A stretch of DNA of 64,000 nucleotides, from NCBI GenBank assembly GCA_963820525.1, contig CAWGAA010000003.1, positions 384,001 to 448,000 of the forward strand, in the 5' to 3' direction. Position 1 is the stretch's first letter; each line of letters starts with the position of its first letter. Shown here in pieces: positions 38,621 to 47,531 of this stretch. The position numbers and the translations under genes are program-made. Source of the DNA: an uncultured Spirochaetota bacterium (GTDB taxonomy: Bacteria > Spirochaetota > Spirochaetia > SZUA-6 > Fen-1364). The notes beneath the pieces are model-generated. The model was given only the letters and a program-made list of their open reading frames with translations. It did not search any database and had not been told where the DNA came from.

Positions 38621-39430
38621 GTGCTGACGAAGATCACCAGGTACAAGACTCAAGGCAAGAAGCGGGCTCTGGCCATCTCCTATCGCAGGAGGACGAAGAG
38701 CGCGCTCCTCGCCCTTGCCCGCAGCGTCATCCTCTGCAATACCGTGGAATCTGTGGACGCGGCGGCCGCGCTCGCCCAGGTGATCAGCCGTGAGGGCATG
38801 AACAACCGCAATTACCTGCTGTTTCTCGTTGTGTTGGATACCAATAACCCCCACGTCATCGACGTGCTCATCGGGCGGAGAAACCCGTACCTGCTTTTTT
38901 CTCCGATAAAGCCGAATTGGTTTCTCATCAAGGAGACCTTCCGCATCCTGGCGAAATACAAGGTGAACGAGCTCTGCGAGAAGGCGCTCCTCGCCCTCAT
39001 CGGCGTGGTGCAGAACGCCTATAAAGCATCAAAGGACGGTCACCGAATCTATCCCCTGAGCCTCTCCGCCGTCTACTCGATAGGAAAGTACCTGGACAAG
39101 GAGAAGGACCAGCTGGATGAACGCAACAGGCTGCTCCTGGAGATCCTTTTCGACATCTATTTCGTGGGCATCGACAGCGAGGACAATAACGCAATACGGG
39201 TGGGGATCCGGGCGAACGATATCCGCATGGCGTATTTCGACAACACGAAAAAGATGGTGGACGTCATTCCCCACGTTCTGCTCCTTCACGAAGAGGCCCG
39301 GCCTCCCATCGCCCCGCTTTATTTCGCGGGCGCGGGAAAAAGGGAAGCGCAGGAAAGAAAACCGGGCAAAAATCGCCCGGGGGAGCGCACCCAACCCCGT
39401 TCCCGCCGAACACCCTCACGCCCGAAATAA
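38621..39430 (+). CDS. Uncharacterised alpha-helical family, paralog 1 of 5 (most divergent)
   Basis: Shared motifs NYLLF, N..VID.L.G, GKYLD, Q....NR, IR.AYFD; GTG start after AAGGGA. Confidence 0.8.
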   Translation: MLTKITRYKTQGKKRALAISYRRRTKSALLALARSVILCNTVESVDAAAALAQVISREGMNNRNYLLFLVVLDTNNPHVIDVLIGRRNPYLLFSPIKPNWFLIKETFRILAKYKVNELCEKALLALIGVVQNAYKASKDGHRIYPLSLSAVYSIGKYLDKEKDQLDERNRLLLEILFDIYFVGIDSEDNNAIRVGIRANDIRMAYFDNTKKMVDVIPHVLLLHEEARPPIAPLYFAGAGKREAQERKPGKNRPGERTQPRSRRTPSRPK

Positions 39431-39432
39431 AT

Positions 39433-39461
39433 TTGACAGCCCGCCGACGACGAACTACACT
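39433..39461 (+). promoter_or_regulatory. Sigma-70 promoter for paralogs 2-4(5)
   Basis: TTGACA-N17-TACACT. Confidence 0.75.
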
Positions 39462-39516
39462 ATTACTATAGGCATTACATTCGGGCATCGGCTCGTGAGT
39501 CCGCAGGGAGGCAGAA

Positions 39517-40233
39517 ATGCTTCAGTTTCCGATACTCACATTCTGGAGCGAGGATGACCTGTACAAGCTCCAGGTGCAGGCGGTCTCCTGGTTCCTGAGA
39601 TGCGACTCTCCCCGCAGCGTGGAGGCGTCTCTGGAGTTCGCGCGATACCTGAACTCCAAGGGCCTCGACAGCGACAACTACCCGCTCTTCCTGGAGATGC
39701 TGAGGAACGAGAACGGCTTTGTCGTGGAAGCGCTGGTAGGCAGGGAGAAGGCTTTCGATCTGTTCACGCGCGTGCAGCCGAACCCCTATATCCTCGATTT
39801 CTGTTTCCAGATGCTTCGTCAGTACTCGGTTGGAGGGGTGCACGATCTCACCCTGGAGATCATCTTCGGCATCCTGTACCGCACGTATCACAGCGCCAAG
39901 GAGGGGTACATGCTCCATCCCCTCACCGTCGAGGACGTGAACTCCATCGGGAAATTCCTGGACAAGTCCCGGGACCAGAACAATTCCATCAACCGGTTCA
40001 TCCTCGACATCCTCACGGACATCTCGGAGTATCGCTCCATCAACAACGAAAACCCCGCCGTCGACAGAGTATCCTCTCACGCGACGGCTATCCGAAACGC
40101 GTTCTTTGACAGGAAGAAGAAAATGGCCAGCGTGATGCCCTCGGAGATCCTGGTACGCAAGGAGTATTCCGAGACTCTCGTGCGGCCGAGGAAGCAGAAG
40201 AAATTCACCGATACCGAGAAAACAGGAGAATGA
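39517..40233 (+). CDS. Uncharacterised family, paralog 2 of 5
   Basis: NYPLF, QPN, GKFLD, NRFILDIL, IRNAFFD; GGGAGG RBS. Confidence 0.85.
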   Translation: MLQFPILTFWSEDDLYKLQVQAVSWFLRCDSPRSVEASLEFARYLNSKGLDSDNYPLFLEMLRNENGFVVEALVGREKAFDLFTRVQPNPYILDFCFQMLRQYSVGGVHDLTLEIIFGILYRTYHSAKEGYMLHPLTVEDVNSIGKFLDKSRDQNNSINRFILDILTDISEYRSINNENPAVDRVSSHATAIRNAFFDRKKKMASVMPSEILVRKEYSETLVRPRKQKKFTDTEKTGE

Positions 40234-40246
40234 GAGGAGGTAGCGC

Positions 40247-40939
40247 ATGGCTCAAATGGACGAGTTCAACAGGGAGGTGTGGTCGGAGGATTCGATATTC
40301 CGGGTCGAAAACCACATCATCAACAACATCTTCGCCGGTAGGACGGTGGACGCGGTGGAGGCGGCGATCACCTACACGTCTTTCCTGCGCAGGAGCGGCC
40401 TGACCAATGAAAACTACCCGCTGTTCCTCAAGCTGCTGGAAATGGACAATCACTTCGTGATCGACTCCCTGCTGGGGAGCACGGACCCCTTCCTGTTCCT
40501 CACCCCAATCCAGCCCACCAAGCACCTGGTATCCACGTGCTTCAGGCTGCTCACCAACTGGCACCCCGGAGGCATCTACCCCAAGACCCTCGCCATCGTG
40601 CTGGGTGCCCTCCAGGCGACGTACAGCTACGCCAAGGACGGATACAAGATCCACGATGTGTCCATCAATGACGTGAACAACCTGGGCAAGCACCTGAACA
40701 AGGAAAAGGGCCAGGACGAGCCGGTGAACAGGGCCATCCTCGATATTCTCGACCGCCTTGCCTCCCTCGAGGGACAGGGAGACGACGCGATGGAGCTCAT
40801 CGCCCGGCAGTGCAACGTGATCCGCGGCAACTTCTTCGACAAGCGCCGCAAGATGGAAGACGCGATTCCCCAGGTTCTCCTGGTCAAGTCCGACTTCCTC
40901 GTGAAAGAGGTTCTTCCGAGCCTCGTGTTCGAAGATTGA
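40247..40939 (+). CDS. Uncharacterised family, paralog 3 of 5
   Basis: AVEAAITY, NYPLF, HPGG, GKHLN, NRAILDIL, IRGNFFD; GAGGAGG RBS. Confidence 0.85.
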   Translation: MAQMDEFNREVWSEDSIFRVENHIINNIFAGRTVDAVEAAITYTSFLRRSGLTNENYPLFLKLLEMDNHFVIDSLLGSTDPFLFLTPIQPTKHLVSTCFRLLTNWHPGGIYPKTLAIVLGALQATYSYAKDGYKIHDVSINDVNNLGKHLNKEKGQDEPVNRAILDILDRLASLEGQGDDAMELIARQCNVIRGNFFDKRRKMEDAIPQVLLVKSDFLVKEVLPSLVFED

Positions 40940-40961
40940 CGATTCGACAGGAGGGTGAGAT

Positions 40962-41819
40962 ATGGTAATTCTTGACAGACAGAAGACCTATACGGCAAAG
41001 GAGATCGCGGCCATCGAGAACAAGATGCTGGGCGGGATTCTGGCGTGCCGGACGACGGAAGCGGTGGAGGCTGCCATAACGTACGCCCGCTTCCTGAACA
41101 AGACCGGCTTGACGGCGGAAAACTATCCTCTCTTCATCAAGGTGCTGGAGATCGGCAACCACTGGGTCATCGATGCGCTCATCGGCACCCGGGATCCGTT
41201 CCTGTTCTTCAGCTCCATCCAGCCCAACTACCAGCTGCTCACAGCGGCGTTCAACCTGCTGGCGGAAAGACACCCGGGGGGCCTGTACGCGAAGTCCCTC
41301 TCCGTGGTGCTGGGCATCCTCCAGGCGGCCTACAACGTCCCCATCGACGGGTACAAGATCTACGGCCTGACGGTGTCGGACCTCAACGCCCTGGGCAAGC
41401 ACCTGGACGAGGAAGCCGGCCAGGAGGATTCGCTCAACCGCTGCATCCTCGACATATTGGAGAAGGTTGCGCAACTGGAAGGCCTGGATGCGGCCAACCG
41501 CGACATGGAAGAGGTGGCGATCCACGCCAACGAGATCCGAAACTTCTTCTTCGACAGCACCAAGCACTTGAACGAGGTCATCCCGCCCGTGCTCCTGGTC
41601 CGCATGAGCTACAAGGACTTCGAGGTGCCGCCGCGCAAGGAAGTCGAGTTCACCAAATCGAAGCTGTTTGACACGGACAAGATCGCCAAGGAGCAGATCA
41701 ACATCAGGGTGTCCTCGCGCGGTCAGGGCACCACCAAGGAAGCCAAGGAAGCGCCCGCGCCGGCTGCCCCGAAAAAGAGCACCGAATCTTCCGGCGGCTC
41801 CGGGCGGAAGACCAAGTAG
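40962..41819 (+). CDS. Uncharacterised family, paralog 4 of 5, with Ser/Thr/Lys-rich disordered tail
   Basis: AVEAAITY, NYPLF, HPGG, GKHLD, NRCILDIL, IRNFFFD. Confidence 0.85.
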   Translation: MVILDRQKTYTAKEIAAIENKMLGGILACRTTEAVEAAITYARFLNKTGLTAENYPLFIKVLEIGNHWVIDALIGTRDPFLFFSSIQPNYQLLTAAFNLLAERHPGGLYAKSLSVVLGILQAAYNVPIDGYKIYGLTVSDLNALGKHLDEEAGQEDSLNRCILDILEKVAQLEGLDAANRDMEEVAIHANEIRNFFFDSTKHLNEVIPPVLLVRMSYKDFEVPPRKEVEFTKSKLFDTDKIAKEQINIRVSSRGQGTTKEAKEAPAPAAPKKSTESSGGSGRKTK

Positions 41820-41921
41820 TCGAGTCGGATCTCACGGGGGCGCCGCGGGGTGCGAGCGCGCTCTTAAGTCCCGTGTCGCCCTTCACTGTTCGCCTGAGCT
41901 TGAGGAAACGAAGGTAAGCCC

Positions 41922-42626
41922 ATGGACGTGAAAAAGCTGAAAGAGGAAGCGAAGGTAGGCCATATATCCCAGGATTATATAGACTACCTCAAATACAGGT
42001 TCATCATGGAGGTGCTGGACTCCCCTGATACCCCATCGGCAAACGCCCTCTGGGCATACGCGAGCTTCTTGAACGATCACGGGATCAACAGCGACAACTA
42101 TCCACTGTACATCGAGCTTCTTGCCAGCAACAACAAATCCGCCATCGACGCGCTTCTGGACGGCCACGATCCGGAGAAGTACTTCGATTGCGTGACGCCC
42201 AACCCCTATATCGTCAGGGCCACCTTCGAGACCTTTGCCCGGTTCAAGAGCAACGAGATCTACGATAAATCCCTGAGGGTATTCCTGGGATTCCTCTTCA
42301 AAGTGTACGAGTCCTCGGAGGTGGGCTACCAGTTGTATCCCCCATCAATCGCGGATGTGAACAACCTTGGAAAGTTCCTCGACGAATCGAAGGACCAGGA
42401 GTTCCCTCTCAACCGGGGCATCCTCGACTGCCTGGGGTGTCTGGCGGATTTGGAGAAGCCCCATGAGACGAGCATCGAAAAGCGGGAGCTCGCCGCTCAA
42501 GCCGGAAGGATCCGCTCTGATTTCTTCGACGCCAAGCGCCGCCTGAACCAGTCCATTACCGAGGTGATACTGGAGAAGGCCAAAAAGCCGACCTTCGGGG
42601 TACCCCCCGAGCATATCTACGGATAG
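41922..42626 (+). CDS. Uncharacterised family, paralog 5 of 5
   Basis: NYPLY, PNPY, DVNNLGKFLD, NRGILDCL, IRSDFFD. Confidence 0.85.
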   Translation: MDVKKLKEEAKVGHISQDYIDYLKYRFIMEVLDSPDTPSANALWAYASFLNDHGINSDNYPLYIELLASNNKSAIDALLDGHDPEKYFDCVTPNPYIVRATFETFARFKSNEIYDKSLRVFLGFLFKVYESSEVGYQLYPPSIADVNNLGKFLDESKDQEFPLNRGILDCLGCLADLEKPHETSIEKRELAAQAGRIRSDFFDAKRRLNQSITEVILEKAKKPTFGVPPEHIYG

Positions 42627-42673
42627 GGGGGCGGCCCCAGACCGACCCCTCCCCTTTCCCCCCGCTCCCATCA

Positions 42674-43600
42674 TCAACCCTTCTTGCCCTTTCCGTAAAT
42701 GGCCCGGAAGGTCTTTCCCATGTCCAGGTACTTGTCCTCTCCGGAGGGTGCCGCAGCGGCGGGGAACTGGCTCTCGAAATAGCCGCGCACATAGTCGATT
42801 CGCTTGAGAATGTTGGCCGCGACCGTCCTTGCCAGCGTGGAGCGGTCTTTCTGGAAACGGAGGCACACCTTGCAGAGCTCCAGGAGCATCTTCTTGCCTA
42901 CCGGCTTGAAGGCGTTGAAGCGGATGTTGAAAAACTGCATGTCGTAGCCCTGGAAGTGCTCCAGCTTCAGGGGGGTCAGGTATCGCGTCTTCTCGGTTCT
43001 CTCCCAGCCGAAGGTTTTAGGACGTCCCTTGATCTTCACGCCCTCGTGGAGCAGGTCCACGTTCGAGTAATCGATGGCGATGACGATCTGGTCGTCCTTG
43101 GAGTTGTATCGGATCATGTAGTTGTTGGGGTTTCTGTCCTCATCGTAGTAGATCCAGCGGTTGATCAGGTCCAGGAGGAGCTGCTCCTTGAGCTGAAGGA
43201 TGTCGGTATAGTTGGCCCCTGAAAGCTGCTCCGCATGGGTGATGATCTTCGTCGCCTTGTACAGCGTGCCGCCGATGCGCGTCACGATGGTGGGGGCTGA
43301 AATGGTCCGCGAGAAGAAATCGAGGAAGAAGCAGATGGAGCCCATCGCGGCCCGCACCGCCTCATCCGCCGCGATGGGCTTCACGATCCAGCTCTCCCCG
43401 GGGTTGTCCCGCTCGACCGCGCCGACGTAATCGCGCACCTCCGCGAAGAAGGGGATTTTCAGGGACTGATCTATGGACAAAAGGTCGTCCACGGAGAGCT
43501 TCTTCAAGAGCTGCTCGTAGCTCTGGTCCGCGCACAGGAGATGAATCAGCTCCGCATCGCGGAGAAAGCGCGGAACCTCGGAATAGTCGAAGTATCCCAT
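42674..43600 (-). CDS. Putative atypical kinase (HipA/CtkA/PI3K-PI4K-like fold)
   Basis: 'WIVKP' (ATP Lys), 'DEDRNPNNYMI' (DRxxxN catalytic loop), 'IVIAIDY' (Mg-binding Asp). Confidence 0.7.
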   Translation of the reverse strand: MGYFDYSEVPRFLRDAELIHLLCADQSYEQLLKKLSVDDLLSIDQSLKIPFFAEVRDYVGAVERDNPGESWIVKPIAADEAVRAAMGSICFFLDFFSRTISAPTIVTRIGGTLYKATKIITHAEQLSGANYTDILQLKEQLLLDLINRWIYYDEDRNPNNYMIRYNSKDDQIVIAIDYSNVDLLHEGVKIKGRPKTFGWERTEKTRYLTPLKLEHFQGYDMQFFNIRFNAFKPVGKKMLLELCKVCLRFQKDRSTLARTVAANILKRIDYVRGYFESQFPAAAAPSGEDKYLDMGKTFRAIYGKGKKG

Positions 43601-43639
43601 CGAATACCTCCCGTTGACAGCGTGCCCGAAAGCCCGCGG

Positions 43640-44587
43640 CTAGCGATAGTCGTCCATGACGTAGCGGCGCGGCTTGAGCTCGAGATCCGCGTACTTCACG
43701 TTATAGCCGGAAGAGGAGCGAATCGACAGGTACGGGCATATCGTCTCCAGCGTGTCGTAGAGGATGACGTGATCGTGGGTGCCGAGGATATCGATCCAGA
43801 TCGAATCCTGCTCTCCCCACGTCCACATCGGGTTGTGGCCCACGATGAACGGGATGCTCTTGGGGCAGCCCAGGAGTCGCCTCGTCTCGTCCAGGTCCTC
43901 GGGCCCGTACTCCTTCATGCTCGGGGTGGAGCGCGTCTCGTTAAGCCTGTTCCACGTGAGCTGCCAGAAGTAGTTGTCGAAATGCCGAACATTGATGAGC
44001 TCGTTCCTGGTGATCCCGCCCCGCACGGGGCCGGCGTGCGTTGCCAGGAACCAGCGGTGGATCACGAACAGGGGCAGCGCATCGTAGAGCTCCTGCATCA
44101 GCTCCACGTACCGCTTGCCCCGCGCCTTGGCCAGCGCCTCCCGCCAGAATAGGCCCTGCTGGATGCCGCGCTTGGAGAGCTGGGGGTTGAGGGAGTCGTG
44201 GTTGCCCAGGATGTAGATGACGTTGTCGGGATACTCGTTGAGAAGCTCAATGATGATGTCCATGGTCTCGATGGAGGAGTCCATTTCGTAGGCGAAACCG
44301 GTCTTGTCGTTATGGACGGCGTCGCCGAGGAAGAGCAGCACCGCCTTGTTCTGCCGGACCTTCGACAAATTGTCCGAATCCTTGAGGATTGCGCGAAGGT
44401 TCTTGAAGTTGCCATGCAGGTCCCCAATGACTATGAACTCCCTCTTCTCGCTGCGAGCAAACTCGATCAGCCCCCCGGGGCGGCCGTCGGAGCCGGCGGG
44501 ACGCAAGCTCTCATCCAGGGAGAGGACCTTGGCCACAGCGTCTTGAAGGAGTTTGGAGTGTCGATCGCGAACGCCGCGGACGCCCAT
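43640..44587 (-). CDS. Calcineurin-like metallophosphoesterase (PPP-type Ser/Thr phosphatase-like)
   Basis: GDLHG, GDAVH, GNHD, THAG, VGHNP motifs. Confidence 0.88.
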   Translation of the reverse strand: MGVRGVRDRHSKLLQDAVAKVLSLDESLRPAGSDGRPGGLIEFARSEKREFIVIGDLHGNFKNLRAILKDSDNLSKVRQNKAVLLFLGDAVHNDKTGFAYEMDSSIETMDIIIELLNEYPDNVIYILGNHDSLNPQLSKRGIQQGLFWREALAKARGKRYVELMQELYDALPLFVIHRWFLATHAGPVRGGITRNELINVRHFDNYFWQLTWNRLNETRSTPSMKEYGPEDLDETRRLLGCPKSIPFIVGHNPMWTWGEQDSIWIDILGTHDHVILYDTLETICPYLSIRSSSGYNVKYADLELKPRRYVMDDYR

Positions 44588-44594
44588 TGCTGCC

Positions 44595-45605
44595 TTACTG
44601 GAAGTCGACCAGCTCCACTTCGAAGACCAGAAACGAGTCGGGAGGAATGGCGCCTGGATATCCCCTCTCGCCATAGGCGAGCTCCGGCGGAATCACCAGC
44701 AGCCGCTTCTCGCCCTTCTTCATTGCGGCGAGCGCTTCGTTCCATCCCGGGATCACCTGCCCGATCTTGAACTGGGCGGGGCTGCCCCGCTCGATCGAGC
44801 TGTCGAATACCCTTCCGTCGAGGAACTTCCCCGTGTAGTTCACGGTCACCAGAGCGCCGGCCGCGGGGCTCGGGCCGTTTCCCGTCTTGAGCGCCTGGTA
44901 CATGAGGCCGGATTTTGTGGTCGTGAGCTTGGGCCACCGCTTCTGGATCTGAGTCAGGGCGGACTTCCTGGCTTCGGCACGCTTCTCCCCAAGGCCTGCC
45001 TTGGCTTTAGCCACCATGGCGTCGAAGCCGGCCTGGCTGGCCGTGAACGCCTTGGCCGCAGCGCCGATGCGCAGGATCTTGACGCTCACGATCTTGTCTC
45101 CCTGCTTGACGCTCTTCACCACGTCCATGCCCTGCACGACGCGGCCGAATACCGTGTATCCGCCGTCGAGCTGGGGGAGCTCCTTGAGAGTGATGTAGAA
45201 CTGGCTGCCGTTTGTGTTGGGCCCGGAGTTGGCCATGGCGAGGATGCCCGGCGCGTCGTGCTTCAGCTCCGCCACGATCTCGTCGGGAAACGAGTAGCCC
45301 GGGCCGCCGGTGCCGTCTCCTCGGGGATCGCCGCCCTGGATGATGAAATCCGCCACGACGCGGTGGAAGGTGAGCCCGTCGAAAAAGTGCTTGCCCTTCG
45401 AGCCGTTGGCGGAGATCGTTCCCTCGGCAAGACCGACGAAGCTTGAAACCGTCAAGGGAGCCTGCTGGAAGGCCAGGCTGCACACGATCAGTCCCCGGGA
45501 TGTATTGATTTGAGCGTACAGGCCGTCCGGCAGGCTCGTGGTTTCGGCGTGAGCGGCCATAACGGCCACCACAAGGGAAGAGGCGATAAGAAAAGTGTAT
45601 TTCAC
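44595..45605 (-). CDS. Cyclophilin-FKBP dual peptidyl-prolyl isomerase with signal peptide
   Basis: 'FHRVVADFIIQGGDP', 'MANSGPNTNGSQFYIT', 'VNYTGKFLDGRVFDSS', 'VIPGWNE'. Confidence 0.93.
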   Translation of the reverse strand: MKYTFLIASSLVVAVMAAHAETTSLPDGLYAQINTSRGLIVCSLAFQQAPLTVSSFVGLAEGTISANGSKGKHFFDGLTFHRVVADFIIQGGDPRGDGTGGPGYSFPDEIVAELKHDAPGILAMANSGPNTNGSQFYITLKELPQLDGGYTVFGRVVQGMDVVKSVKQGDKIVSVKILRIGAAAKAFTASQAGFDAMVAKAKAGLGEKRAEARKSALTQIQKRWPKLTTTKSGLMYQALKTGNGPSPAAGALVTVNYTGKFLDGRVFDSSIERGSPAQFKIGQVIPGWNEALAAMKKGEKRLLVIPPELAYGERGYPGAIPPDSFLVFEVELVDFQ

Positions 45606-45706
45606 GCGCCAGTGATAGCCCCTTCCACCGGCCGCTGTCAAGGGACTCACGATGGAGCGTTTACAAAGCCTGATCCGAGGGGTAAATTCTGGATTGAGGC
45701 TACCGA

Positions 45707-45949
45707 ATGAACGGCGAGAACAGGCGAATCCTCCTGCGAAACGAAGTCGAGGCCGCCCTTCTGGAGGAGATCCTCCAGCGGGACGGAATACCTCACTACA
45801 TAAAATCGTACCACGATCGCGTGTACGACGGAATCTGGCAGCTGCAGAACGGCTGGGGGCAGATCGACGCTCCCGTCGAATACCTGAGCGGGATAGAAGC
45901 GCTGCTCAGCCTGATCAGGAACAACAAGACCCTTCCGCCCGTCGTGTAG
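45707..45949 (+). CDS. Small DUF2007-like protein
   Basis: 'NEVEAALLEEIL...GIPHYIKSYHD..YDGI'. Confidence 0.7.
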   Translation: MNGENRRILLRNEVEAALLEEILQRDGIPHYIKSYHDRVYDGIWQLQNGWGQIDAPVEYLSGIEALLSLIRNNKTLPPVV

Positions 45950-46111
45950 AAACGGCGGCCGGCGATACCCTCACCGCGGCGGCGAGATCTTCGCGCCGCA
46001 CCTGCGCCTGGAGAAGGCCCGCCGCCGGGCAATAGTCAAAAACCGCGTATTGCGCAATCAGGGCCTTGGCACTACACTCAAGGCGCACATAAGCGACAGG
46101 TTTTTTGGACC

Positions 46112-46966
46112 ATGATTCGAAACGGCGCAGCCCTCTTTTCAGCGAAGAAGGGCATCTGGATCTTTCTTTTCCTTGTCCTGTCGATATCCCTGTCGGCCGC
46201 CCTCGAACATGCCGACCCCGGGCAATCCACCCACACCCTCCGCATCGGGGAGAGAGACGTCGAGTACCTCAACTACCTGCTGTACCTGCCGTCCAGCTAC
46301 GGGAAGGATCCGATCAGAAAGTGGCCCCTCATTGTGGCTCTCCACGGAAGCGAGGAACGGGGAAACGATCCGGCCCTGGTGAAGGCGAGCGGCCTGCCGG
46401 CGCTCGTGGAAAAGAACAGGGAGTTCCCCTTCATCGTGGTCTCTCCCCAGTGCCCGGCAGACCAGAGATGGTCGCCCTCGTGGACCAAGAAGCTCCTCGA
46501 CGTGGTGGTCAAGCGCTTCACCGTGGACCGGGACAGGATCTACCTCACCGGCTACAGCATGGGCGGGTACGGCACCTGGGACACGGCGGAAGAGTATCCC
46601 GAGCTTTTCGCGGCAATCGCTCCCATCTGCGGCGGAGGAGACACGGATCAGGCGGGGCGCATCAGGGGCCTTCCCGTCTGGGCCTTTCACGGCGCGAAGG
46701 ACCCGAACGTTCCGGTTGACGAATCGATCCAGATGGTGCGGGCGCTCAAGCGCTACGGCGGGGAGGTGAAGCTCACGATCTATCCCGAGGCGGAGCACGA
46801 CGTATGGACGGTCACGTACCGAAATGCCGGGCTGTACAGCTGGTTTCTGACGCACAGGAAAATGGGCCCGGCCGTCCAGTACCTCCGCGCAGATCTCGGC
46901 AGGAGGGCCCAGGCCGGAATCCAGCTTCTCAAAAGCACCGTTCTCATCCCGATGACGGTCCACTAG
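46112..46966 (+). CDS. Exported alpha/beta-hydrolase (esterase/peptidase)
   Basis: 'LHGSEERG', 'SPQCP', nucleophile GYSMGG, 'FHGAKD', 'EH'. Confidence 0.9.
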   Translation: MIRNGAALFSAKKGIWIFLFLVLSISLSAALEHADPGQSTHTLRIGERDVEYLNYLLYLPSSYGKDPIRKWPLIVALHGSEERGNDPALVKASGLPALVEKNREFPFIVVSPQCPADQRWSPSWTKKLLDVVVKRFTVDRDRIYLTGYSMGGYGTWDTAEEYPELFAAIAPICGGGDTDQAGRIRGLPVWAFHGAKDPNVPVDESIQMVRALKRYGGEVKLTIYPEAEHDVWTVTYRNAGLYSWFLTHRKMGPAVQYLRADLGRRAQAGIQLLKSTVLIPMTVH

Positions 46967-47008
46967 CTCAAAACCGAACGCCGGAGGCTCTCGGGGCGCG
47001 CGTAGGAG

Positions 47009-47527
47009 TCAACCTGAGCTCTCCAGCTCCACCTCCGCCGGGTCATCGGGCCGGGCCACCACCCTCCACTGCTGGGCTTCCCTGTCGAAATCCGCGATCT
47101 TCTCCAGCGGCATCTTGATGTATCTGCCCTTGGCCTCCACGGCGACTTCACCGCTCGCCAGCAGCAGCTCTCCCGATCCCTCGAAAAAGCGCGGGGAATC
47201 CTTGTCGATGCGTCCTACGACGCGAAGCGCCCCGCCGATGGGGATGGGCTTTCGAAGGCGCATGGAGAACTCGACCGTCACGCCCCACACCTCGCCGCTC
47301 CCGCGCATCATGATGGCGCGGCCGATCGTCTCATCCAGGATGGCGGCTGCCACCCCTCCGTGGAGCCGGGCAGGATAGCTCTGGTGCCCCTCCGACGGCT
47401 CGAACACTGCCAGGAGCTCCCCGTTGTCAAGCTCGTAGAAGGCGGTGCGCAGGCCCATCGCATTGGAGAGGCCGCAGACAAAGCACATCTTGGTGTTTGG
47501 CTGTTTGCCCGTCACCTTTCGTCTCAT
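47009..47527 (-). CDS. PaaI-family (hot-dog) thioesterase
   Basis: 'MCFVCG..N..GL', 'LHGGVAAAILDE'. Confidence 0.9.
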   Translation of the reverse strand: MRRKVTGKQPNTKMCFVCGLSNAMGLRTAFYELDNGELLAVFEPSEGHQSYPARLHGGVAAAILDETIGRAIMMRGSGEVWGVTVEFSMRLRKPIPIGGALRVVGRIDKDSPRFFEGSGELLLASGEVAVEAKGRYIKMPLEKIADFDREAQQWRVVARPDDPAEVELESSG

Positions 47528-47531
47528 CTCT

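Noticed and set aside
38621..42626. Paralog array as CRISPR, DGR or antigenic-variation cassettes, or an assembly duplication
   Set aside because: No near-identical DNA repeats, reverse transcriptase, recombinase or signal peptides; the copies are highly diverged full genes
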